Assembly (NCBI GenBank): GCA_963677105.1
Contig: OY781871.1
Span: 270,001 to 302,000, forward strand
Source: Candidatus Saccharimonadota bacterium
Lineage (GTDB): Bacteria > Patescibacteriota > Gracilibacteria > UBA4473
Direction of reading: 5' to 3'
DNA length: 32,000 nucleotides
Part shown: in pieces, positions 23,178-31,792 of the stretch
Layout: each line of letters starts with the position of its first letter
How positions within the stretch are numbered: position 1 is the stretch's first letter
Notes under the pieces: generated by a model
The model's database searches: none
What the model was told of the DNA's origin: nothing
What the model saw: the letters and a program-made list of their open reading frames with translations, nothing else
Position numbers and translations under genes: made by a program

Positions 23178-23414
23178 ATGATTCACATAAAAGTCTGTAA
23201 CGGTCATGCCTGTCATAATATTGGGGAACATATTCTCGATCGAGCAAAAATCGAAGCACAAAAAAGAAATGATGTTTCTGTCGGCACGTGTCCATGCATG
23301 GGACAATGTCACAAAGGTCCAAATGTCTCTATTGAAAAAGATGGGAAACGAGAAATTCTCAATAACATGAATCCCATAAAAATATATAACCTCATTAAAA
23401 ATGAAAAAAAATAA
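23178..23414 (+). CDS. Thioredoxin-like [2Fe-2S] ferredoxin (NuoE-fold type)
   Basis: 78 aa from the ATG at 23178: MIHIKVCNGHACHNIGEHIL...GTCPCMGQCHKGPNVSI. Cys pattern is C-x4-C ... C-x3-C followed by GPNV. Overlaps the nrdB start by 14 nt. Confidence 0.7.
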   Translation: MIHIKVCNGHACHNIGEHILDRAKIEAQKRNDVSVGTCPCMGQCHKGPNVSIEKDGKREILNNMNPIKIYNLIKNEKK

Positions 23415-24429
23415 AATATTCAATCCTACAGGAGATGATTCCATTGAAAACAGAAGTATTATTAAGGGAAACACCACAGGATTATTCAACCTTGATGATG
23501 TGAAATATTCTTGGGCGAAAAATATGTATCAAGTCATGATTGGGAATTTTTGGGTTCCTGAAAAAATCAGTGGACTTGGCGATGATGCAACTATGTACAA
23601 AAATCTTTCTGATGCTGAGCGAGAAGCGTACAAAGGAATGCTCTCTTTTCTAACTTTTTTAGATAGTTTGCAAACAATAAATCTTCCTCATTTTTCTGAT
23701 TATATTACTTCACCGGAAGTGAATCTATTATTGTCTATTCAGTCTTTTCAAGAAGCAATTCATTCTCAGTCATATACTACGATTTTGGAAACAGTGGTCG
23801 CCGCCAAAGAACGAGAAAAAATTTATTATTTTTGGAGAGATGATGAAGTTCTTTTATCTAGAAATAAATACATCGGTGAAATTTATCAAAACTTTTTTGA
23901 TACTCCGAATGATGAAACTTTTTTCAAAGCATTAATTGGAAATTTTTTATTAGAAGGAGTGTATTTTTATAATGGATTCGCGTTTTTTGACACGCTCGTA
24001 TACAACTCAAAAATGATCGCAACTGGTCGAATGATCAATTATATACGACGAGACGAACTCACTCACGTAGCATTATTTGTAAACATTTTACGAGAAATAA
24101 AGCACGAGTTTCCGGAAATGTTTAATGAAAAAGTTATTTATGAAATGTTTGAAGAAGCGGTAAAACAAGAAATTACTTGGACAAATCATATTATTGGAAA
24201 CGCGATTCCCGGAATCACAAAAGAATCCACTCGAAAATACACACAATTTTTAGCGAATGATCGTTTAGCAATGCTTGGACTTGATCCATTATTTCCAGAA
24301 ATAACTCAAAATCCGTACAAACATCTCGAAGCAATGGCTGATAATAATTCTGAAAAAACAAATTTCTTCGAATCTACCGTTGTGAATTATACTCAATCGA
24401 GCTCAATGAATGGAACGTGGGATTTTTAA
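23401..24429 (+). CDS. nrdB: Class Ia ribonucleotide reductase beta subunit (di-iron, tyrosyl radical)
   Basis: 342 aa. Metal ligands and radical Tyr are intact: FLDSLQ (Asp), QEAIHSQSY (Glu, His, Tyr), LLEGVYFY (Glu), RDELTHVALF (Glu, His). Confidence 0.9.
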   Translation: MKKNKIFNPTGDDSIENRSIIKGNTTGLFNLDDVKYSWAKNMYQVMIGNFWVPEKISGLGDDATMYKNLSDAEREAYKGMLSFLTFLDSLQTINLPHFSDYITSPEVNLLLSIQSFQEAIHSQSYTTILETVVAAKEREKIYYFWRDDEVLLSRNKYIGEIYQNFFDTPNDETFFKALIGNFLLEGVYFYNGFAFFDTLVYNSKMIATGRMINYIRRDELTHVALFVNILREIKHEFPEMFNEKVIYEMFEEAVKQEITWTNHIIGNAIPGITKESTRKYTQFLANDRLAMLGLDPLFPEITQNPYKHLEAMADNNSEKTNFFESTVVNYTQSSSMNGTWDF

Positions 24430-24430
24430 A

Positions 24431-25126
24431 CTATATTTTTTCAAACACCACTATTTCGGAAATAAAAAAAGGAGGTTTATCACCACTTTCATGTATCTGC
24501 CTAAATCCATTATTTTCTATAAACTGAACAAAACTATCCTTTGGATGATTATGATAATTTTTTGTCCCTTCTTTTCTTCGTGCAGACATGACTGCATAAA
24601 TTGGTTCAATGGTATTAAATAACAATTTCCTAATTGGATTTTCAAGTTTAAACGTATCAATAATCACTAATTTTCCACCAACTTTTAAGCGATCATACGC
24701 AGTATCGATAATTTGTTTTAATTCTGAAGCTTCAAAGTGATGTAAAATTTGATAATACATCATCACGTCCTGACTTTCTGATTCAACATTTTCCAATGTA
24801 TAAGCATCTCCTTGCTCCAAATCATTTTTTAATTCTGGATATTTAGATCTTCCAACTTCTAACATTCTCTCTGAATAATCAATTCCACGAGTGTTTATGT
24901 TTTCCGGTAAATGTTTTTTTGTTATAGATAATTTATCTCCACTTCCAACTCCAACTTCAAGAACATCTTTTGCTGCTTCAAAAACTCCCCATTCTAAAAG
25001 TTTCGGAATATAGTATTTTTCATATAATTTCGAACGTAATCCCAAATTGAATCGCTTTCCCGGATTTCCAGCAGTCTCATTATAAAATTCTGTATGTGAA
25101 GGGGAATTGTTCTCTGTATTGTTCAT
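24431..25126 (-). CDS. Class I SAM-dependent methyltransferase
   Basis: 231 aa. Motif I VLEVGVGSGD. Rossmann-type order, with DVMMYYQILHHF and GGKLVIID. Convergent with nrdB, 1-nt gap. Confidence 0.75.
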   Translation of the reverse strand: MNNTENNSPSHTEFYNETAGNPGKRFNLGLRSKLYEKYYIPKLLEWGVFEAAKDVLEVGVGSGDKLSITKKHLPENINTRGIDYSERMLEVGRSKYPELKNDLEQGDAYTLENVESESQDVMMYYQILHHFEASELKQIIDTAYDRLKVGGKLVIIDTFKLENPIRKLLFNTIEPIYAVMSARRKEGTKNYHNHPKDSFVQFIENNGFRQIHESGDKPPFFISEIVVFEKI

Positions 25127-25268
25127 ACTATTTCTAATGTACTAAAAAATCATGCGCAATGTATAACTTATTTTAAATATGTCAATCGCCATTAAAAACA
25201 AAATTCACTTATCTTGAACTAATATTTCTCAGTGATACGATAGTTATAGTTTTTTCTCCACAACACAC

Positions 25269-25655
25269 ATGGAAACTTTTTATCAAACAATCGTACTTCC
25301 TTCTTTTGCGCCTCCGTCATGGCTTTTTGGTCCAGTATGGACATTCCTTTACGTTCTCATTTTTATTAGTTTTGGATGGACTCTTTTGAAAATAATTCAA
25401 AAAGAATTTTCTCCCAAACTATGTATTCCATTTGGAATAAATCTGATTACAAATTTTATTTGGACTCCATTGTTCTTTCGTATACAAAATTTCGATCTCG
25501 CTTTATTAGATATTTTCCTTGTTTTGGGAAGTATTATTTGGATTATGATTATAATGTGGAATAAAGCTCGGTGGGTTTCATTTATCCAGATTCCTTATTT
25601 CCTCTGGGTAAGTTTCGCCAGTGTTCTCATGATTGGAATTTGGTGGATGAACTAA
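25269..25655 (+). CDS. tspO: TspO/MBR family membrane protein, short form (first TM helix apparently absent)
   Basis: 128 aa. LPSFAPPSWLFGPVWTFLYVLI matches the conserved TspO TM2 region. Trp-rich helices follow. No coding potential for an extra N-terminal helix is seen upstream. Confidence 0.65.
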   Translation: METFYQTIVLPSFAPPSWLFGPVWTFLYVLIFISFGWTLLKIIQKEFSPKLCIPFGINLITNFIWTPLFFRIQNFDLALLDIFLVLGSIIWIMIIMWNKARWVSFIQIPYFLWVSFASVLMIGIWWMN

Positions 25656-25758
25656 ATAATATAAATCTACGCGATTAAATCTTCATATAATTTTTATTTC
25701 ATTTGCAAACTAATAAAAAAGAATATAATCGCTCGGATTTATTTCATTATTATCAAAA

Positions 25759-26667
25759 ATGAATATTTGGATTCTTACAAGAAATAAGGAGGATTTTGAG
25801 AAGTATGAAAATATACGATACATTGAAGAATCGAAAAAAATAGGTCTCAATTGTAGACTAATATCTGGAGAAGATATTGATATCTTACTTCACAAAGAAG
25901 ACGAAAAAAGTGTTCTTTTTGAAGGAAAAAAAATACCACTTCCAGATGTGATTATACCAAAGGCAGGAGCATATAGTACATATTTTATGCTCGCTCTCAT
26001 TCGTCATTTCGAAAAACTTGGAGTATTTGTACTAAATCCTGCAAGTTCAATATCTCAAGCAAAAGACAAACTTCACACACTACAAATTCTTTCTTCTCAG
26101 AATCTTCCTATTCCTAAAACTCTCCTCGCCAAATTCCCTATCAATCAATCAGTAATCGAACAAGAGTTTTCTTATCCATTTATAATGAAAAAGATTTCTG
26201 GAAGTTTAGGAAAGGGTGTATTACTGATTAAAACAGCTCAACAATTAGAAGATATTCTTGGTCTATTAGAAGATCCTCATGATATCGCTCAACCAAATCT
26301 TATTTTTCAGGAATTTGTAAAATGTTCCGCAGGAAAAGATATTCGAGTATTTGTCGTCGGAGGAAAGGTTATTGGAGCAATGCAACGAACCGCAAAAGCA
26401 GGTGATTTTCGTGCAAACGTAAGCGCAGGAGGAAACGTAAGTGATTTCAAAATCACCCCTGAAATCGAGTGGCTTGCTATTGAAGCCGCTAATGCACTTC
26501 AACTTGGTATAGCTGGAGTAGATTTACTTTTTGAAAATGATGGATATAAAATTTGTGAAGTAAATGCAAATGCCCATTTTCAAGGATTTGAAAAAGCTAC
26601 TGGTATAAATGTTCCCCAAAAAATATTTGAATTTATTTCTATAAGATTTCAAAACATTCCCGAGTAA
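25759..26667 (+). CDS. rimK: RimK-family ATP-grasp ligase (alpha-L-glutamate ligase type)
   Basis: 302 aa. FIMKKISGSLGKGVLLI, QEFVKCSAGKDIRVFVVGGKVIGAMQRTAKAGDFRANVSAGG and GVDLLFENDGYKICEVNANA are RimK-type ATP-grasp motifs. Confidence 0.8.
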   Translation: MNIWILTRNKEDFEKYENIRYIEESKKIGLNCRLISGEDIDILLHKEDEKSVLFEGKKIPLPDVIIPKAGAYSTYFMLALIRHFEKLGVFVLNPASSISQAKDKLHTLQILSSQNLPIPKTLLAKFPINQSVIEQEFSYPFIMKKISGSLGKGVLLIKTAQQLEDILGLLEDPHDIAQPNLIFQEFVKCSAGKDIRVFVVGGKVIGAMQRTAKAGDFRANVSAGGNVSDFKITPEIEWLAIEAANALQLGIAGVDLLFENDGYKICEVNANAHFQGFEKATGINVPQKIFEFISIRFQNIPE

Positions 26668-26689
26668 ATCCATTTCTTTAAAAGAAAAA

Positions 26690-27193
26690 ATGAATGAATT
26701 CGACATCCGACAAATCACTCTTAAAAAAATAGAAGAAAAGAATGTCTCTACTTTATTTAAACTCATTCAAAAAAATCCAGAAATAACTAAATATCTTTCT
26801 TGGACCGTTCCAAATTCTCTTCGAGAAATGAAAATTCGTCATAAAGAATTAGAACAAAAAGAAACAGAAAAAAAACTTATCAGATTCGGTATTTTCTACG
26901 AAAAATCTCTCATTGGAGCTATTTCAATTAACAATATTATCCATAAATCAGGACGCCGAAATTATAATTCAGGAGAACTTGGATATTGGATTTCTCCTGA
27001 TTATTCAGGACAAGGATTCACAACAAAAGCTGCACAAAAAATGCTTGAATATGGATTTAAAATATCACAATTACAAAAGATAAAAGCTGCCTGTGTTTTA
27101 GAAAATATTGCTTCAGAAAAGATCCTTCAAAAAATAGGAATGCGATATGTTGGGATGAGAAAAGATCACTACTTTGAAATGTGTCGTTGGTGA
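26690..27193 (+). CDS. GNAT N-acetyltransferase, RimJ/RimL-like, ended by an in-frame TGA before the last conserved strand
   Basis: 167 aa. GELGYWISPDYSGQGFTTKAAQKMLEYGF is the acetyl-CoA-binding core. After the TGA at 27191-27193 the same frame continues as DMKLYEITVNEWQ..., which looks like the normal family C-terminus, up to a second TGA at 27281-27283. Confidence 0.75.
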   Translation: MNEFDIRQITLKKIEEKNVSTLFKLIQKNPEITKYLSWTVPNSLREMKIRHKELEQKETEKKLIRFGIFYEKSLIGAISINNIIHKSGRRNYNSGELGYWISPDYSGQGFTTKAAQKMLEYGFKISQLQKIKAACVLENIASEKILQKIGMRYVGMRKDHYFEMCRW

Positions 27194-27372
27194 GACATGA
27201 AATTATATGAAATAACCGTAAATGAATGGCAAAACATGGATTCAACTACGATTCACAAAGCTCCTGCAACAACAGTTGTATGATTTCATTTTGACATTTT
27301 TTATTTTTTATGAAAAATAGAAAAAATGTTATTTTTTGAAAGAATATTTTTTTTTCTGCGTATGATGTAAGA

Positions 27373-29274
27373 ATGACAAAAAAAGTAACGGCATCGATTC
27401 TGCTAGAAAGTAAAAAAACTAAGCAAAAAAATCGCTGGTGGTTTATTATCTCAGTCGCAGTTTGTGTCTTAGGAATAGGAGCATATTTTATATTTTCTAA
27501 AACGTCCTCTCCAGAACCAATAAAAAAGGCTCAAATTATTGCTCCCAAAAAAGGAAATCTCAATGTTTCAATTGAATCTGATGGATCAATTATTAATCCG
27601 AATATTGTAGATTTATCATTTTTGATAAATGGAACATTAGAGATGATTTATGTACACGAAGGAGATCGAGTAGAAGCAGGACAGAAGTTAGCAGAACTAG
27701 ACACGAGAGATTTAGAATTTGATTTACGAACAGCAGAGAGCGCTTTGCAAATTGCATATGCCAACTACACGGCAAAAACTGCAATGCTTACCGATACTCA
27801 ATTACGAGAACTTCAAAATAGCCTATCTTCACAACAAGATGAACTGGATTCCATCACTCGTAATGTAGATCAGACATTGCAACAATCCTTGGACTCCGGA
27901 ATTGTGACACTTGATGTAACACTTCCTTCATTAGAAATCGTCTTACACGCAGCTGATACTGTATTATTAGTTGACATGCTTCACTCTGATGCATATCAAA
28001 TTTTGTCCACAGTACACGATTCTGTTGGCATCAATAATGCAAAAAACATCTATATCGAATCACGAAGAAAATTAAATGAGTTGACTACTCAATATCAATC
28101 GCAAGAAAACATAGATTCTGAAGAAATAATTCTTTTTCTAAAAGAAGTTCGTATTTTAGCACAAGAAATACAGAACTTAATAGATCAGATCATTGCTGTT
28201 TTACGTACGGCAAATGCGACTTCTTTTATTTCTCAAACAAAAATTGATTCTGTAAGAAATGATATTTCATCTGCAAATAACAAGGTTTTGTCTGAAATAA
28301 CTTCTCTTACATCAGCTATTCAAAAAATTGAAACCGCATATTTAAATCAACAAGACAAGGTTATTAGCGCAAAAAATGCTATTACAAAATTAGAGACACA
28401 GATGGAAACGGCAATTGAGTCTGTAGAAGAAAAAGAGATTTCAAAAAAAACTTCTCTATCCATTTTGTCAGCACAAATTACACAGGCTCAAATTAAAGTA
28501 GATAAAGCAAAATATAATTTAGAACTCGCAAAACTTTCGGCTCCAATTTCGGGAGAAATTATCCAAATTAATGGAAACGAAGGAGAGGCTATTAAAATTG
28601 AATCAACAAGTTCAGATACGGCTTTTATCAAAATCCTTTCAGATTCAAACTTCACAACAGAGGTATATGTAGAAGAAATTGATATCGCACAAATTCAAAA
28701 AGACCAAAAAGTGATTATTACATTAGATGCAATTCCTGATTTGGAACTAGAGGGAAAAGTGACATTCATCTCAAGTACAGCAACTAAATCGAGTTCTGGC
28801 GTAGTAACTTATCTAGTGCGAGTTGAGATTACAGATGATCAAGGAGCACAAATCAAAGAAGGAATGACAACATATGTGGAATTTCTGACTCAGGAAGCAG
28901 TAGATGCCATTCTCGTTCCAGTAGAAGCCGTAACAAATCGAGGACGAACATCAACGGTAACATTAGCAGATGGAAAAGAACGAGAAGTAATCGTAGGCGT
29001 TTCTGATGGAACAATGATAGAGATTATTTCTGGACTATCGATAGATGAAAATATTCTCGTCGGAGGTTCTCCTTTATCAATTGAAAAAAGACCTGAACGA
29101 ACTTTATCGACTGAAATGTTAGAGAAAATGAAAGAAGGAGGATTTACTGATCAAGAAATCGAAAAGGCAAAATCTGGAGAAATGACTACGGAAATGAAAG
29201 AAAAAATGAAAGCATTAAGCGGAGGATTTGGAGCTCCAAGAGTTCCTGGAATGGGTGGTGGACGAAAACGATAA
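27373..29274 (+). CDS. HlyD/MacA-type membrane fusion (periplasmic adaptor) protein with a very long coiled-coil insert
   Basis: 633 aa. N-terminal TM helix WWFIISVAVCVLGIGAYFIF. Lipoyl-like motif MIYVHEGDRVEAGQKLAELD and its partner APISGEIIQINGNEGEAI. About 280 aa of helical sequence lies between them. Gly/Lys/Met-rich tail. Confidence 0.8.
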   Translation: MTKKVTASILLESKKTKQKNRWWFIISVAVCVLGIGAYFIFSKTSSPEPIKKAQIIAPKKGNLNVSIESDGSIINPNIVDLSFLINGTLEMIYVHEGDRVEAGQKLAELDTRDLEFDLRTAESALQIAYANYTAKTAMLTDTQLRELQNSLSSQQDELDSITRNVDQTLQQSLDSGIVTLDVTLPSLEIVLHAADTVLLVDMLHSDAYQILSTVHDSVGINNAKNIYIESRRKLNELTTQYQSQENIDSEEIILFLKEVRILAQEIQNLIDQIIAVLRTANATSFISQTKIDSVRNDISSANNKVLSEITSLTSAIQKIETAYLNQQDKVISAKNAITKLETQMETAIESVEEKEISKKTSLSILSAQITQAQIKVDKAKYNLELAKLSAPISGEIIQINGNEGEAIKIESTSSDTAFIKILSDSNFTTEVYVEEIDIAQIQKDQKVIITLDAIPDLELEGKVTFISSTATKSSSGVVTYLVRVEITDDQGAQIKEGMTTYVEFLTQEAVDAILVPVEAVTNRGRTSTVTLADGKEREVIVGVSDGTMIEIISGLSIDENILVGGSPLSIEKRPERTLSTEMLEKMKEGGFTDQEIEKAKSGEMTTEMKEKMKALSGGFGAPRVPGMGGGRKR

Positions 29275-29281
29275 ATTTTAT

Positions 29282-29995
29282 ATGACAAAAAATACAACTG
29301 AAAGCGTAATCCAGATGCAGGGAGTCAAAAAATCTTATTGGCTTTCCAATGGCGTAGGAGTTCCCGTATTACATGGAATTGATTTAGATATAAAAAAAGG
29401 AGAATTCGTAGCACTGATGGGCGAATCTGGTGGAGGAAAATCAACATTGATGAACATTATTGGGTTTCTCCATCCTCTCGATGAAGGAAATTATTTTCTT
29501 GAAGAAGAAAATTTAGGAGGGATTCAAGATGATTTTACGTTATCATTTATAAGGAATCGAAAAATTGGATTTATTTTTCAACAGTTTAATCTCGTAACAA
29601 AATTAACAGCATTAGAAAATGTAGCATTACCTGGATTTTATGCTGGTAAAGAACGACATGAACGTTTACAAAAAGCTCAAAATTTATTGGAAACGATGGA
29701 TATGGGAGACCGAACTCATCATAAACCAAGTGAATTATCGGGAGGACAACAACAACGGGTTTCAATTGCTCGTTCTTTGATTAATGACCCAGAAATTATC
29801 CTTGCTGATGAACCAACTGGAGCATTAGATTCACAGACAGGAGAAGAAGTAATGAAACTTTTGACCAAATTCAAAGATAGAGGAAAAACTGTAGTAATGG
29901 TGACACATGATCCACACGTAGCAATGCATGCTGATAGAATCATTTTTATGAAAGATGGACTCATACTTGATCATGATTATAAGCTAAAACAATGA
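29282..29995 (+). CDS. ABC transporter ATP-binding protein (MacB/LolD type)
   Basis: Start is the ATG at 29282 (MTKNTTESVIQMQGVKKSY); the track ORF begins at an upstream TTG. Walker A GESGGGKST, signature LSGGQQQR, Walker B ILADEPTGALD. Confidence 0.9.
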   Translation: MTKNTTESVIQMQGVKKSYWLSNGVGVPVLHGIDLDIKKGEFVALMGESGGGKSTLMNIIGFLHPLDEGNYFLEEENLGGIQDDFTLSFIRNRKIGFIFQQFNLVTKLTALENVALPGFYAGKERHERLQKAQNLLETMDMGDRTHHKPSELSGGQQQRVSIARSLINDPEIILADEPTGALDSQTGEEVMKLLTKFKDRGKTVVMVTHDPHVAMHADRIIFMKDGLILDHDYKLKQ

Positions 29996-31179
29996 AATAC
30001 GAATTATTGATTATGGCATCAAAGTCTCTGCGATCAAATGGCGCACGAACATTGTTGTCAATGTTGGGAATTGTGATTGGAGTAGCAACCGTTATTGCGG
30101 TAGTTGGAATTGGTGTGGGCGCAAAAAAAGCAATTGAAGCACAGTTTAAAAATTTATCAGTAAACACGCTGATCGTTATGGGATCTGGTGGAAGAGGTGC
30201 TAGTACACGGGTTGGGGAAGAAGATGTTCCTTTCGTTTTAGGAAAAGCAGAGTTGATCAAAAAGGGAACAGCAATGGTTTCAGGAAGTTCAACTGTAACG
30301 TATGCCAAGGAAGAAGTTTCTGGAACAATAATTGGAGCACAATCAAGTATTTTCGATTTACAAAACTTGGAATTAGAATTTGGTCGATTATTTACAAATG
30401 CTGAAGTGAGTTCACGCGCAAATATAGCAGTAATTGGATGGAATATGGCAGAAGAATTGTTTGATGAGATACCAAAAAATGCTGTTGGGAAAACGATAGC
30501 AATTGGGTCTCGAAAGATCGAAATAATAGGAGTTTTAAAGGAAAATGGTTCAGGAATGGGAAACCTAAATCCAGATAGTACAATTTATATGCCATATAGT
30601 ACTACGCAAGCACGAATACTAGGAAGGAATGCGCGAGTGATGTTAATGTTTCATGCACAAAATCCAGACGTAATTCCGCTCGCACAGGATGAATTAAAAC
30701 AATTATTGCGAGAAAATCACCGTTTACGAGATTCTGTAGATGATGATTTTCGAATTATGGATGCAGGATCGATGGTTTCAAGTGCGACAGAATCTACTGA
30801 CACAATGTCGTTTTTACTTACTTCAGTAGCAATTATTGTACTTCTGGTTTCAGGAATTGGAATCATGAATGTAATGTTTGTAACTGTTGCAGAACGAACC
30901 AAAGAGATTGGAATCATGAAAGCAATTGGTGCACGACAACAAGATATTTTATTACAGTTCTTGTTAGAAGCTATTGTATTATCGATGGTGGGAGGATTAA
31001 TAGGTGTTGTATTGGGATACAGTATCCTACCATTTTTAGGAGATTATGGCGCAACAATTTCAATTAACGGAGGTTTACTCGGATTTGGATTTTCTGTAGT
31101 GGTAGGAATTATCTTTGGATTTGTACCAGCACTTCAAGCGAGTAAATTAGACCCCGTTGATGCACTAAGAAACGAATAG
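29992..31179 (+). CDS. ABC transporter permease, MacB-type (periplasmic domain plus FtsX domain)
   Basis: 395 aa. TM1, then an extracytoplasmic domain of about 230 aa, then three C-terminal TM helices ending in PALQASKLDPVDALRNE, typical of FtsX/MacB permeases. ATGA overlap with the ATPase gene. Confidence 0.88.
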   Translation: MKYELLIMASKSLRSNGARTLLSMLGIVIGVATVIAVVGIGVGAKKAIEAQFKNLSVNTLIVMGSGGRGASTRVGEEDVPFVLGKAELIKKGTAMVSGSSTVTYAKEEVSGTIIGAQSSIFDLQNLELEFGRLFTNAEVSSRANIAVIGWNMAEELFDEIPKNAVGKTIAIGSRKIEIIGVLKENGSGMGNLNPDSTIYMPYSTTQARILGRNARVMLMFHAQNPDVIPLAQDELKQLLRENHRLRDSVDDDFRIMDAGSMVSSATESTDTMSFLLTSVAIIVLLVSGIGIMNVMFVTVAERTKEIGIMKAIGARQQDILLQFLLEAIVLSMVGGLIGVVLGYSILPFLGDYGATISINGGLLGFGFSVVVGIIFGFVPALQASKLDPVDALRNE

Positions 31180-31239
31180 ATTAGTGACTTTAAACCTTGC
31201 TCTCTAAAATGAATAATCTCGATTTCATATATGAATCCT

Positions 31240-31734
31240 TTATAAGCGCTTGTGACTATTTTTAACTTCATTAATTATCCGAAGAAAATCTTCAGGATAA
31301 GAAATTCGACGTAAACAATATTCTCGATTTGCAAATACAAGTCGTACCGTTCCAAAATTAAAAATCCTTCCTAATAAACTTTTAGAGAAAGTTGCCGCTT
31401 CCACCTCTGGTAATATATATTGCTGAGTACTGGTTAAAAAAACACCTTGATGACACATCAGTAAATTATCTTCAAACCAATAATAATTGAACATCCATTG
31501 AATAAATATGTGAAACGTAAGTGCAAACTGCAAAAATAAAATTACAAAAAAGAATTCTTCTTTAGCCGTTAGTGTAGTTATTAAAAAACTTTCTTTCGGG
31601 GAAAAATCAATAAAAATTACTATAAATAGAAAAAATATGTCAGAAATGATCAATAATGAAAGCACCTGTAAAAACAAGGTTACAGGATTTCTATAAATAC
31701 GAATTATTTTTGGTTTCATATGAAAATTTCTCAA
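31240..31734 (-). CDS. Membrane protein with C-terminal bacterial PH-like (YdbS/YdbT-type) domain
   Basis: 164 aa. Two to three N-terminal TM helices. The C-terminal half (YILPEVEAATFSKSLLGRIFNFGTVRLVF) resembles membrane-flanked bPH domains. The assignment rests on impression only. Confidence 0.5.
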   Translation of the reverse strand: MRNFHMKPKIIRIYRNPVTLFLQVLSLLIISDIFFLFIVIFIDFSPKESFLITTLTAKEEFFFVILFLQFALTFHIFIQWMFNYYWFEDNLLMCHQGVFLTSTQQYILPEVEAATFSKSLLGRIFNFGTVRLVFANREYCLRRISYPEDFLRIINEVKNSHKRL

Positions 31735-31745
31735 AAATATATGTT

Positions 31746-31780
31746 CTCCTCCCCCACTAAAAAATTTTGTAAGGGAGGAG
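31746..31780 (-). terminator. GC-rich hairpin downstream of hsp20 (probable terminator)
   Basis: CTCCTCCC (31746-31753) pairs with GGGAGGAG (31773-31780), an 8-bp stem. On the minus strand it follows the hsp20 stop by 12 nt and is followed by an A/T-rich stretch ending in TTTTT. Confidence 0.5.
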
Positions 31781-31792
31781 GACTAAAAATAT

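Noticed and set aside
27191-27193. Alternative genetic code (UGA read as Gly or Trp, as in some candidate phyla), suggested by the in-frame TGA in the GNAT gene
   Set aside because: TGA ends several ORFs exactly at ATGA stop/start overlaps (6890, 9711, 11890, 12879, 29992) and ends the 834-aa gene. Long conserved genes (nrdA, hydA, nrdB) contain no internal TGA. The standard code fits the whole window.
27336-27366. T9 tract (27347-27355) in the 19-nt spacer of a putative TTGAAA/TATGAT promoter of the efflux operon, and the T8/A8 tract at 18112-18119 in another promoter, as phase-variation switches
   Set aside because: Homopolymer runs of 7-9 nt are common throughout this AT-rich sequence. 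The promoter assignments are weak, and a single sequence gives no evidence of length variation.
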